Shown here one piece after another: positions 47,901 to 55,110 of a stretch of DNA of 64,000 nucleotides; positions within the stretch are counted from its first letter, which is position 1; the number at the start of each line of letters is the position of its first letter. Source of the DNA: Candidatus Micrarchaeota archaeon. Its GTDB lineage: Archaea; Micrarchaeota; Micrarchaeia; Anstonellales; Bilamarchaeaceae. The stretch covers positions 114,614 to 178,613 of the forward strand of contig JAHJCT010000011.1 in NCBI GenBank assembly GCA_018812715.1. The letters run 5' to 3'. The notes under the pieces were generated by a model. It searched no databases and had not been told where the DNA came from. It saw only the letters and a list, made by a program, of their open reading frames with translations. The position numbers and the translations under genes were made by a program.

Positions 47901-48446
47901 TTTGACAATGGTTATCAAGTACTTGGTGCTGCATTCAACAATTCACTGATTGATAATACGGCTTATTATATAGAAGACAATGGTTTCAGTGTAAAAAATG
48001 GTGGCTTCAATACTACATTGATAAACAATACTGCATTATTCAGTGATGAAGCAGGCTATCTCATTATGATGTCTGATAATAACACGCTTTTCAATAACAC
48101 TGCATATAACAACTATGCCAATGGTTTCGAAATATTTATGGCTGCGGATAATCACCTCATCAATAACACTGCATACGAAAATAATGAATCAGGTTATTCA
48201 ATTGGCATGAATCTAGTTCCAAACTACTTCTTCAACAACACCGCATACGACAACAACTTCACTGGTTTTATGATCATGCAGAATAATAATAGTGATTTCC
48301 AAAACAATACAGTTCATGACAATGGTCTCATGGGCTTCTTAATAGTCTTGGCTGGCCACAACAATTTCACTAACAATACAGCTTATGACGGCAATGTAAG
48401 TGGTTTCTGGCTGGGTATGGATTCACGTTACAATGTTTTCACATAA
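41931..48446 (+). CDS. giant secreted right-handed beta-helix (NosD/PbH1-like) repeat surface protein, N-terminal 2171-codon segment
   Basis: Signal peptide. Dozens of ~22-aa NNTAYNN..GF.L... parallel beta-helix repeats organised into three super-modules, each opening with C...(S/A)PG.Y.L..NL.GAP.NA(S/A). Ends at a single in-frame TAA, see findings. Confidence 0.7.
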   Translation: MRAYLLLLLMILAGLSFSIDVSSCENITAPGVYELTTNLVGAPNNASEVSSIDWACIKIASSDVVFDCMGYTITNDGTLAAAGIVVNGSSGINYPNVTVRNCPSITQYYYGIYIYRTNETTVTNVTLYNNTYSFASLISDYLNLTNNTAYDQTAGFEIIGCAGCSLIDNVVYDMSDVGIASSGCFYCNFINNSMYDGSDYGFYIEQTGDTNFINNTVFDISNDAFHISGASDCNFINNTVYNSLDGMDLYMTSNMTIINNSFYNNNEDAIEIYEGGDNNLSNNELYNNERGLSIYNASATRVIGDHYYNNSIDIFVNGTGITVDLSGVIFDNDAGTLADYTNISLTDTVASIYTIDHAVQPAALPPNMASFENKFVNITNLTSGVSIDTIIWHWTEAETAGYTEANFELWKYNVSGWADTGATPNTATNTFTLTNLNPASTYAILQTSVCPVISSSGTYAQLGDLVGAPNSASPVFGSVCVKITASNVVYDCNGYSITNDGTGSAMGIMIGRTSDLNPEITNVTVRNCPSVSQYTYGIYTRGANDSFIINSTVHNNAGYGTFFMLSNDITVINSTAHSNGLDGFYTSTSSTFTNFSNNTAYNNTRSGFVLFPGANSTVLDNTAYNNTEYGFYWRMSGGSNAINNTAHNNGLSGFYLYDSDNNTLLNNTAYNNSNEGILLVDSNNNEFNNNEAYENYVGISTYHSDYNTLQNNSVHNNVMTAIVVNSSSYNNLTNNTIYNHRGAMGPAFGIYVEASSYQNQITDNNLTNNTVCIVLGATRTAFNGGNNWIVNNTMTDAYMGVFLYLADNTSVIENHISNVPETSAIIVLGSDIYGMFGGGYLGAYNNTFIGNVIENSTGFIFYMANNNVIQSNIIANATGYFNWSDAGILENYTGFYFYESNYSNLSDNLVYNLSGYALHIIDSESVNASDTHVYNNDRGALFVSASVATNLYLSNFTIDNPSGNFQNYTSISLTDAVDGDSKYTINWSFNSTALPANYFSFEGKYVDISQYKGGVPSIIDSITWTWLNSELSGYDESRFELWQYNGTWTNMGATLDTGANALTVTNLNPESTYSILQSNLSTCMLINSSGYYQLNTNLQGAPINAAPLTGTACIKINSSDVVLDCNGFTITNNGTAGTTRGILAVGPISNITIFNCPGIANYTNGIEVVESNDTLVLNNTVYEIGTDGLSVTNCTNSEFINNTAYNITDDAFDFYNCTNITVINNTGYLIFSGDIFENSLCNNCDFIDNSALGGFADAFDFNYCNNTNLINNTLSFALDNLVEATYSINWTVINNTLHDAGNDAFFFGDAVNIVFLNNTVHDIQNEFFDIELCSNCNLTNNTGYMSYAGGGLNLIDSNIITVTNNTFYDVTLDASYAENCTNCNFINNTAYNSTDADIFDFDRCTNLTVMNNSGFLTLNSNIFETSRCNNCDFINNLAMGAIINASSAFDFAACNNTNIINNNVTWSINDLVQVSYCINCSVINNTLYYAGGDGFALGKSINFTLLNNTVNGVIDDGADIKELNDSIIRNNLLYNISDNGIEFSECDNCTLINNTIYNVSINGYYLDEMTNCVLINNTAYDIGDDGYDGGDSSNTNFTNNLAYDTGGDGFQFEDSTNIIFLNNTAYDNPEFGFSLNNSPSNTFVNNTAYNNGYAGFAAFLGSNGNNFTRNLAYNNTGFALLEVYNTNLDSNIARDSEGYGVQVIGLMLGIPFVDDLDDVGFLFYESDSSIVFNNSAYNFTGNMSGDEESYGFVVYLSDNNNFTNNLAHTTNDSGFLLLNSSYNNLTNNTVYDNREAGIALEENCTWNILTNNTAHHNGLIGINLQDGPFANGIYGTNAYSNGWCSFQIFDADTNGFINNTVTNDTGFIVIFSNDTQILSNTVANSSGSGVSSYIPTIDDSGVVLIYSNYTNISDNVVYNLTNNTSHAFYLDQSNNNLLINNTAYINGETGFYVHNSHYNTLVNNTDNNNHEGFIIDSGSSFNILYNNTAMFDNGYQVLGAAFNNSLIDNTAYYIEDNGFSVKNGGFNTTLINNTALFSDEAGYLIMMSDNNTLFNNTAYNNYANGFEIFMAADNHLINNTAYENNESGYSIGMNLVPNYFFNNTAYDNNFTGFMIMQNNNSDFQNNTVHDNGLMGFLIVLAGHNNFTNNTAYDGNVSGFWLGMDSRYNVFT

Positions 48447-50114
48447 AATACAGTATATAATCATAGCTTTGGATTTATGATAAATTCTAGTTTATCTAAC
48501 AACTTCACCAATAATATGGTTCATGATATTCTTTGGCAAGGTTTCAATTTCTGGAATGCTAGTGATTCTGTTCTTACCAATAATAATGTTTATGGAAATG
48601 ATGTAGGTATAGGGCTTGATACATGTGGAGATAATTATTTGATTAACAATGAACTCTATGATAATAGCATAGGCCTTGGCATCGTCAATTCTTCTGCAAC
48701 TTTTGTAACAAGAGATCATTACTATAACAATACTATTGATTTTGGAGTCAATGGAACCGGGATAACAATTAATCTCTCAGAAGTTATCTTTGATAATCCA
48801 TTAGGAAACTTTGTCAATTTCACAAACATCTCTCTAAACGACACAGTTGCATCTGCTTATTCAATAGATCATGCAGTCGAACCTGCTCCATTGCCAACCG
48901 GTGCAACATCCTTTGAAAATAAATTTGTAAATATCACTAATGCCACCTCAGGCGTTTCAATAGATTCCATCGTCTGGCATTGGACAGATGCTGAATCAGT
49001 AGCATATGATGAACCTGCGTTTGGAGTATGGGAATACGATGGTTCTTGGTCAGATACTGGAGCAACTCTTGATACTGCAGCAAATACTCTTAGCCTCAGC
49101 AATCTTGCTACATTCAGCATTTTTGCAATTCTAGAATCTCCTGAAGATGAAGAAAATCCAAGTGATGAAGATAAAGAGTTTAGTCTATCATTTGATTCAA
49201 CATGTGATGGCAATACTCTAACTGTTACTTATAATGGCAATCCAGTTCCTGGTGCCTCAGTCAATGTCTATAATCCAACTACTATGCAAACCATTGCCTT
49301 AGGTACTACAAATGTTAATGGTGAATTCGAATTTAGTGGTTGTGACCTTACGATCCAAGTTCATGTTAGCAAAACTGGTTACGATTCTGAGACAGTTACC
49401 GAGCAATTAATTAACTGCGAACTTTGCCTAGAAGAAGAGGAACATCTTGAATGTGTGGATGATTTATGCATTGTTGTTCCCGGTCTTGGTCCAAATCTTT
49501 GCTCTTTAGATGCTGACTGCATGGAACCAGTGTACGAATGTTACTCAGATAATGATTGTGACGATACTGACTACTGTGACATTCTAGAAGGCGAAGCTGG
49601 AGGCAATTGTTTACCTGTTACTGGCGACTGTGGTTATGCACAAAATCATACTTGGGTTCAATATGAGTGTGGAGTTGATCCAGAATGTGTCCTTTGCCCA
49701 GAAGGTTTAGTTTGTGTAGAACATCAATGTGTAGAGGCCAATCTTACTGGTCCAGGTGAAGGATTTGTAGATGCTGAGGTTGATATAATCGCTACAATCA
49801 ACAACGAAACTTGTGCTTACTGCGATATTGAAATTGTTGATCCAACTGGCGAGCATTTCACTGGTTTAACAGATGAAAACGGAAGGATCCAAGTTCCATT
49901 GAATCTCAAGGGTCAATATACAATTACGCTTCTACAAAATGGACAAGTACTTGCTTCAAAAACAGTAGATGCGATTCCAAAGGCCCCACCTACAGACGAA
50001 CCCCCCCCAACAGAAAAGATTGGTGAGGACTTTACCTGGCTGTGGTTATTCATACTTTTAGCTGGCTTCTTTATTCTGTTCTTCTACTGGAGACAAAGGA
50101 AAAAGAAGAAATAA
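48447..50114 (+). CDS. in-frame continuation of the beta-helix surface protein: C-terminal segment with Cys-rich domain, TM anchor and KKKK tail
   Basis: Same frame as 41931..48446 with no further stops. Repeats a 170-aa module of the upstream segment almost verbatim. Ends ...FTWLWLFILLAGFFILFFYWRQRKKKK. Lacks its own signal peptide. Confidence 0.6.
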   Translation, partial: NTVYNHSFGFMINSSLSNNFTNNMVHDILWQGFNFWNASDSVLTNNNVYGNDVGIGLDTCGDNYLINNELYDNSIGLGIVNSSATFVTRDHYYNNTIDFGVNGTGITINLSEVIFDNPLGNFVNFTNISLNDTVASAYSIDHAVEPAPLPTGATSFENKFVNITNATSGVSIDSIVWHWTDAESVAYDEPAFGVWEYDGSWSDTGATLDTAANTLSLSNLATFSIFAILESPEDEENPSDEDKEFSLSFDSTCDGNTLTVTYNGNPVPGASVNVYNPTTMQTIALGTTNVNGEFEFSGCDLTIQVHVSKTGYDSETVTEQLINCELCLEEEEHLECVDDLCIVVPGLGPNLCSLDADCMEPVYECYSDNDCDDTDYCDILEGEAGGNCLPVTGDCGYAQNHTWVQYECGVDPECVLCPEGLVCVEHQCVEANLTGPGEGFVDAEVDIIATINNETCAYCDIEIVDPTGEHFTGLTDENGRIQVPLNLKGQYTITLLQNGQVLASKTVDAIPKAPPTDEPPPTEKIGEDFTWLWLFILLAGFFILFFYWRQRKKKK

Positions 50115-50124
50115 TTTTTATATT

Positions 50125-50723
50125 CTAATTCTTTTTTACTTGATATAATAATATTTTTACTCGCCTTTTGACCATGATATCAAAACAACTGTAGTTCCAT
50201 TCATTTTCTATCTTATATCCATATCTTTTAAGAGAATTGTGGAACCTTTTAAAATTTTTTTGGTATGCATCAGAGTATTGGATCCAGATACTACCATCCT
50301 TTGATAAATAATTTCTAGCATCATTAAAAAATCTACCAACAACTCCATTATCATAAATTGCATGTAAACTAGGAACCTCTGGAACTCCCTCAGACCAAGG
50401 GGGTGCAAAATTATAGTGTCGAATACTCCATTTACTTTATCGAAAAGATTCCCTTCCAGAACAATTGCTTCTGGAACAAGCTTTTTTGTTGCCTCAACAG
50501 CAGCTGGATTTATATCTACTGCTATAACTTCCGTTGCCCCTTTTTCTAATGCCATCTTAGAAATAACTCCTGAACCGGGGCCTATCTCTAAAACCCGTTC
50601 TCCAACAAACATATTATTTTCATACTGTCTTATTCTATTCTTGGCAGGAGTTAGATATCCTTGGCTATTGATATAATCCCAACCTAAAATTTTAGATAGC
50701 ATCAATCTTACAAAAGTTCTCAT
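50125..50723 (-). CDS. NPPY-type (HemK/Mtq2-like) SAM methyltransferase interrupted by a single-nucleotide frameshift
   Basis: Frame A (50723 to ~50400) gives VLEIGPGSGVIS...VIAVDINPAAVE...VFDTIIL. An adjacent frame continues ...NFAPPWSEGVPEVPSLHAIYDNGVVGRFF... to a TAG at 50125-50127. The junction lies in a TTTT/CCCCC homopolymer region around 50395-50410. Confidence 0.5.
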
Positions 50724-50816
50724 ATTTATGACCTATATGAAATTTGTCAATTATATCTTTTCATTATATACAGTTAAAAATCTCGCCCCAATGATAACTT
50801 AATAAAATTCTTTAAG

Positions 50817-51374
50817 TCAAGAAATTTGTTCTTTTAGGATAAAATAAAGATCAAAATAATCACGTGGCTGGTTTCTTGTTATGGCAGCCCTGAGTTTTTC
50901 TGCTATGAGTTCATTGAAATTAAGAACATTTATTTCAAAATCCAAATTATAGAAATTATGAACTTTTTTCCTATCTATTTTGATGTGAATTGATGCTTTT
51001 CTATTTGCATCTAGAATAATATAATTGTTATTTGAAAAATAACTCTGATAAAAGATTTTAATTCTTACAAAATTCCTGCTTTCATTTTCATATTCTATCC
51101 TTCTGAAATGTTTTTTGTCATTTTTAACAATTTCTTCTATTTTTGCCTTAATCTGGGTTATTGGAATAGTTGCTGTAAAATCTGCATCTTCAGAAAGACG
51201 CATGTGGTCTAAGAAAATTTTATTCAGGGCAGTTCCACCTTTGAAATATATCCCTTCAAAATCTTTCAGATGATAGAGCAAGATTGTTAGGAAATAATCT
51301 TTTTCCAGATATATAAGATTATATCCAGTTTCAGCTGCAATATTCCGAAGTTTTGCTTCATTTATCCGATCCAT
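50817..51374 (-). CDS. AbiEii-family nucleotidyltransferase toxin (type IV toxin-antitoxin, DUF1814)
   Basis: IYFKGGTALNKIF is the GGTAL signature of the AbiEii/DUF1814 nucleotidyltransferase. 185 aa, downstream of and overlapping the putative antitoxin. Confidence 0.6.
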   Translation of the reverse strand: MDRINEAKLRNIAAETGYNLIYLEKDYFLTILLYHLKDFEGIYFKGGTALNKIFLDHMRLSEDADFTATIPITQIKAKIEEIVKNDKKHFRRIEYENESRNFVRIKIFYQSYFSNNNYIILDANRKASIHIKIDRKKVHNFYNLDFEINVLNFNELIAEKLRAAITRNQPRDYFDLYFILKEQIS

Positions 51375-51907
51375 TTTTTACTTTCCCTCTTTGATGCGAT
51401 TAAAAAATCATGGTCCTTTATTTTCCTTTTAACTGTTTTTCCTAATTTTCTCACTCGTCTAAACTTGAACACAGAGCCAAGTATTTTCATTGTCCCTTGT
51501 TTTTTTGTAGAAAATACATCTATAACTGTGGGCAACTGATCTATCAACCCCCAATAATTTGCAGCTGCTTTGCCACCTATGTAGTAATCCTTTCCATTGA
51601 ACATTTCATCTGCTATGATGAATGGGTGTTCTGCCCAGCCTTTGTAGGCCTTTATCGGAATCAAGTAATATTTTTCCTTGTTTATTCTCTCAATTCTTCT
51701 TTTTTTCCTTAGCCTGTGTACGTAAACATTCAATTCATTGTCAGATGTAAAAAACTTTCTGATGTCCTTCTTTGAGAAAAATCTTTTTTCCTCTAGTTCA
51801 AGGTATGAAACTACTTCAATTTCTTTGTTTGACAAACCTTTGATACGATGCTTCGTATCAAATTTTGGCGCAGTTTTTTGCAATCCTTTGATTTTCTTCT
51901 TAGTCAT
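51362..51907 (-). CDS. AbiEi-like antitoxin/transcriptional regulator
   Basis: ...YYIGGKAAANYWGLIDQLPTVIDVFS... matches the AbiEi C-terminal domain pattern (Y.sl.sAl.y.GL.dq.p..i.v). Basic N-terminus. Gene order antitoxin then toxin with 13-nt overlap. Confidence 0.5.
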   Translation of the reverse strand: MTKKKIKGLQKTAPKFDTKHRIKGLSNKEIEVVSYLELEEKRFFSKKDIRKFFTSDNELNVYVHRLRKKRRIERINKEKYYLIPIKAYKGWAEHPFIIADEMFNGKDYYIGGKAAANYWGLIDQLPTVIDVFSTKKQGTMKILGSVFKFRRVRKLGKTVKRKIKDHDFLIASKRESKKWIG

Positions 51908-52152
51908 GTTATGTTACACCAATATTAATGATATAGTAATATTACTGTAGCATAATCTTTATAAATATATTGTTCAAAACAGTCCAACATCCAACGTTTT
52001 CATAAAAGTCTTAGTTGTTGGGGTTTCGATTATATGTTAATATCAATTAACAAAAAATTTACAATATGATGATTAGAGTTAACAAAAGATCAAGAAAAAT
52101 GATATTAGTGTGGCAACATTCAGTAAGATAAATAACAAAAACCATAAATATC

Positions 52153-52306
52153 TGGCGCCCCAACGGCGATTTGAACGCCGAATTCAACCTGTCAGCTTGG
52201 CCTTTCGGTGAGAAACACCCAAAAAAACGAGAATGTGTTTTAGGGCGCCGTTTCCCAAAAGGCGCAACCGCAGGGTTGCGTCCTATCCAGATTAGACTAT
52301 TGGGGC
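52153..52306 (-). tRNA. tRNA-Arg (anticodon GCG) with 77-nt intron at the canonical 37/38 position, CCA encoded
   Basis: Minus-strand exons: GCCCCAA-TA-GTCT-AATCTGGATA-GGAC-G-CAACC-CTGCGG[intron]A-GGTTG-AATT-CGGCG-TTCAAAT-CGCCG-TTGGGGC-G-CCA. All stems Watson-Crick or G-U. T-loop TTCAAAT. Confidence 0.75.
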
Positions 52307-52420
52307 TCTAGAGACATATTTAAATATGTATAGCTTTTAAATATTGTCTACACTTCTGAGGTTAAAATAGCCTCAAGTGAATCTTTCTAGACGATTGTAT
52401 TTGTTGTTTTAGGTGATATA

Positions 52421-52567
52421 TTGCAAAGATGTATAACTTGCGGAAGAAATACTAAGAACTTCGCTCAGTTCCCCTGTGCAGAGTGCAGTGAGAAGATCAT
52501 TAGATGTGACTTCTGCAGAGAAAATAGAAACAAATATACTTGCAAGTGTGGCTTTACCGGCCCGTAG
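52421..52567 (+). CDS. small Zn-ribbon protein (4x Cys pairs) upstream of aEF-1beta
   Basis: TTG-initiated 48-codon ORF: (M)QRCITCGRNTKNFAQFPCAECSEKIIRCDFCRENRNKYTCKCGFTGP*. CxxC...CxxC...CxxC...CxC spacing. Position immediately 5' of aEF1beta resembles the conserved archaeal Zn-ribbon/EF1B gene pair. Confidence 0.45.
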   Translation: MQRCITCGRNTKNFAQFPCAECSEKIIRCDFCRENRNKYTCKCGFTGP

Positions 52568-52575
52568 GTGTAATG

Positions 52576-52833
52576 ATGGCAGAATATAACGTTGTAGCAC
52601 AATTGAAAGTTTATGTTGAAAATCCCGAACAAATGGACTCTGTAAAAACTGGTATAGAAAATCTTGCAAAAGTCCAGGATTTTAAGGAAGAGGATGTTGG
52701 TTTTGGTATCAAAGTACTCAAGGTTACCATCCTTATGATGGATTCTGAAGGCGGGATGGATGAATTAGAAGAAAAAATAAAAACTCTTGAAAATGTAAGT
52801 CAAGTTGAAGTTGAAGGCGTCAGCAGGGTGTAA
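52576..52833 (+). CDS. ef1b: elongation factor 1-beta (aEF-1beta)
   Basis: MAEYNVVAQLKVYVENPEQMDSVKTGIENLAKVQDFKEEDVGFGIKVLKVTILMMDSEGGMDELEEKIKTLENVSQVEVEGVSRV, archaeal EF1B length and conserved AFGLKAL-like core. Start at internal Met of the track ORF. Confidence 0.85.
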   Translation: MAEYNVVAQLKVYVENPEQMDSVKTGIENLAKVQDFKEEDVGFGIKVLKVTILMMDSEGGMDELEEKIKTLENVSQVEVEGVSRV

Positions 52834-52835
52834 TC

Positions 52836-53387
52836 ATGGCAAAAAAAGTTCCTAAAAAAACTAAAAAACCTGAAAAAGAAGAAAATGAAAATTTCAGAGG
52901 TATTGTTCGTATTGCAGGAAAAGATGTGAATGGAAAAGTAACTCTTAAAAGAGCCCTTCATCGTGTTAGAGGTATTGGACACACCATGGCACATGTGGCA
53001 GCCTTGGCAATCACAAAAGAGCTTTCTTTAGATCCACTTAAACCTATTGGAGAATACACTGAAGCTGATATAGAAAAAATTGATAAGATTCTATTTAGTA
53101 TGCAAGATCATAATGTTCCATCATTTCTCTTAAATCGCTGCAAGGATTTCAATTCCGGCGATAATAAGCATGTAATTATGAATGATCTCATATTTGAAGT
53201 AAATCAGGATGTTGATAGAGATAAAAAGATGTACTCCTGGAAAGGTTATAGGCATTCTTATGGGCAAAAAGTTAGAGGCCAAAAAACCAGAAACACAGGT
53301 AGAAGTGGTATGGCCCTTGGTGTTCTAAGAAAATCAATTATAGCAGCACAAGGAGGCGCCAAAGAACCAGCAAAGGAGAAGAAGTGA
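52836..53387 (+). CDS. rps13: 30S ribosomal protein S13 (uS13)
   Basis: FRGIVRIAGKDVNGKVTLKRALHRVRGIGHTMAHVA is the uS13 N-terminal signature. Basic C-terminus. Confidence 0.9.
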   Translation: MAKKVPKKTKKPEKEENENFRGIVRIAGKDVNGKVTLKRALHRVRGIGHTMAHVAALAITKELSLDPLKPIGEYTEADIEKIDKILFSMQDHNVPSFLLNRCKDFNSGDNKHVIMNDLIFEVNQDVDRDKKMYSWKGYRHSYGQKVRGQKTRNTGRSGMALGVLRKSIIAAQGGAKEPAKEKK

Positions 53388-53391
53388 TAAC

Positions 53392-53961
53392 ATGGGAGAC
53401 CCACCTAAATTCAGAAACAAATTTGAACGACCAAAGAAACTTTGGGATGTAGATCGCATTAGACATGATTCTGCTCTAAAGAATGAATATGGCCTCAAAA
53501 ACATGAGTGAAATCTGGAGAGCTAACGAAGAGCTCAAAAAATACAGACGAGAGGCAAGGCGACTTCTTTCTGTAACAGAAGAGGAAAGACGTGATGATGC
53601 ACAGAAAATACTTCAAAAACTTGATAAATTTGGCATCCTAAAAAAAGGCTCATCTATTGATGATGTACTTTCTCTTGAAGTGCGCGTAGTTCTTGAAAGA
53701 CGATTACAAACCTTGTTAGTGCGCAAGGGTCTGGCCAGAACAATGGTTCAAGCAAGACAACTAGTTACACACGGCTTCGTATCACTAGGCGGAAGAAAAA
53801 TTACCCGCCCTGGTTATATGGTAACCGTTCATGAAGAACCAACAATTGCTTATGTTCGTGCTATTGATTTAAGTGTTAGACCTGAAGAAGAATCAAGTAA
53901 GGAAGAAAAACCTAAACCAGATTTAACTGAAGAAACAAAGCCAGAAGAAAAGGTGAACTAA
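53392..53961 (+). CDS. rps4: 30S ribosomal protein S4 (uS4)
   Basis: [23 protein letters not shown]...[16 protein letters not shown]... uS4 N-terminus, plus S4 RNA-binding domain ([30 protein letters not shown]). Confidence 0.9.
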   Translation: MGDPPKFRNKFERPKKLWDVDRIRHDSALKNEYGLKNMSEIWRANEELKKYRREARRLLSVTEEERRDDAQKILQKLDKFGILKKGSSIDDVLSLEVRVVLERRLQTLLVRKGLARTMVQARQLVTHGFVSLGGRKITRPGYMVTVHEEPTIAYVRAIDLSVRPEEESSKEEKPKPDLTEETKPEEKVN

Positions 53962-54410
53962 TGGCAGAAGAACCAAAAGAGGAAAAAAAGCCAGAAGAAA
54001 AAACAGAAGAAGTAAAGAAACCTAAAAAACGCAGGTATGCTGTCATACACGTTTATTCTTCAAAAAATGATACAATAATCACCGCGACTGATCTCAGCGG
54101 GGCTGAAACTCTTGCATGGGCAAGTGGTGGAATGGTTGTAAAATCTCATCGCGAAGAAGGAAGACCATACGCAGCAATGCAAGCGGCTCTTAGAGTCGTT
54201 ACCAATCTTAAAGATAAGGGCATAACTAATGTTACTGTAAAAATCAGGGCGCCGGGCGGTGTTGGACTTAAAACACCTGGTTCGGGGGCACAGGCAGTTG
54301 TTAGAACTATTGCAAGGACCGGGGTTCGTATTGGAAGAATCGAAGACGTCACACCCTTACCCACGGACTCTATGAAGAGAAAGGGCGGAAGAAGGGGAAG
54401 AAGAGTATGA
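53961..54410 (+). CDS. rps11: 30S ribosomal protein S11 (uS11)
   Basis: ...[32 protein letters not shown]...[28 protein letters not shown] matches uS11. Start overlaps S4 stop (TAATG). Confidence 0.9.
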   Translation: MAEEPKEEKKPEEKTEEVKKPKKRRYAVIHVYSSKNDTIITATDLSGAETLAWASGGMVVKSHREEGRPYAAMQAALRVVTNLKDKGITNVTVKIRAPGGVGLKTPGSGAQAVVRTIARTGVRIGRIEDVTPLPTDSMKRKGGRRGRRV

Positions 54411-55102
54411 AATTGGTTCTTGATAAAAAACACGAAAATAGGGTTGAGTTCCTGGTGGATGGTATCTCTTTACCATTTGCAAATATGTTGAGGAGATATG
54501 CTATCTCTTCTATCCCAGTGCTTGCTGTTGATTCTGTAGTTTTTTATGATAATAATAGTGCTTTCTGGGATGAATATCTTGCACATCGTCTTGGATTAAT
54601 GCCAATTATTACACCTGAAAAACTTCCTGAAAGTACAGAAATCGTATTTACTCTGGATGCTGAAGGGCCTAAAATAGTTTATGCAAGTGATATGAAGAGT
54701 TCTGATAAAGAAATTTCTATTGCTAAAGATAAATTACCATTTGTTACCTTAGGACCAAATCAACATGTTAGATTAGAAGCTAAAGCAATTCTTGGTACTG
54801 CAAAGCAACATGCTAAATTCCAGGCAGGAATTGTTAGCTATGGTGAAGATGGCAAAGGTCTTAGATTTACAGTGGAAAGCTTCTTCCAAATGACTCCAAC
54901 CGATGTTTTACAGCGTACTTGTGATGTAATTGAAAGCGATATCAATGATGTAGAAGCTGCCCTTGGTGAAACAAAACCTGTTAAAAAATCTAAGAAAAAG
55001 AAGACTGAAGAAACGGTAGAACCAAAGAAGGAAGAAAACGTTGAGGAAGAAGAAAAACTAAAGAAAACTGAAGCTAAGGAAAAATCCAAGAAAAAGAAAT
55101 AA
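54407..55102 (+). CDS. rpoD: DNA-directed RNA polymerase subunit D (Rpo3)
   Basis: ...[46 protein letters not shown]... matches the RpoD/Rpb3 dimerisation domain. Lys-rich C-terminal tail. Follows S11 as in the conserved S13-S4-S11-RpoD operon. Confidence 0.85.
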   Translation: MKLVLDKKHENRVEFLVDGISLPFANMLRRYAISSIPVLAVDSVVFYDNNSAFWDEYLAHRLGLMPIITPEKLPESTEIVFTLDAEGPKIVYASDMKSSDKEISIAKDKLPFVTLGPNQHVRLEAKAILGTAKQHAKFQAGIVSYGEDGKGLRFTVESFFQMTPTDVLQRTCDVIESDINDVEAALGETKPVKKSKKKKTEETVEPKKEENVEEEEKLKKTEAKEKSKKKK

Positions 55103-55110
55103 CTATTTTC

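Noticed and set aside
48444-48446. Alternative genetic code (TAA reassigned) as explanation for the in-frame stop in the giant gene
   Set aside because: TAA terminates several well-defined genes here (S27ae, Lrp at 364-366), and TGA and TAG are also used as stops. The standard code fits the whole window.
52153-52158. Significance of the genomically encoded CCA on tRNA-Arg
   Set aside because: The other three tRNAs lack encoded CCA. A single occurrence (GCGCCA) may be chance.
52409-52669. 86-aa minus-strand ORF across the Zn-ribbon/aEF1beta junction
   Set aside because: Antisense to two well-supported genes (Zn-ribbon protein and aEF-1beta). No motifs. Typical shadow ORF.
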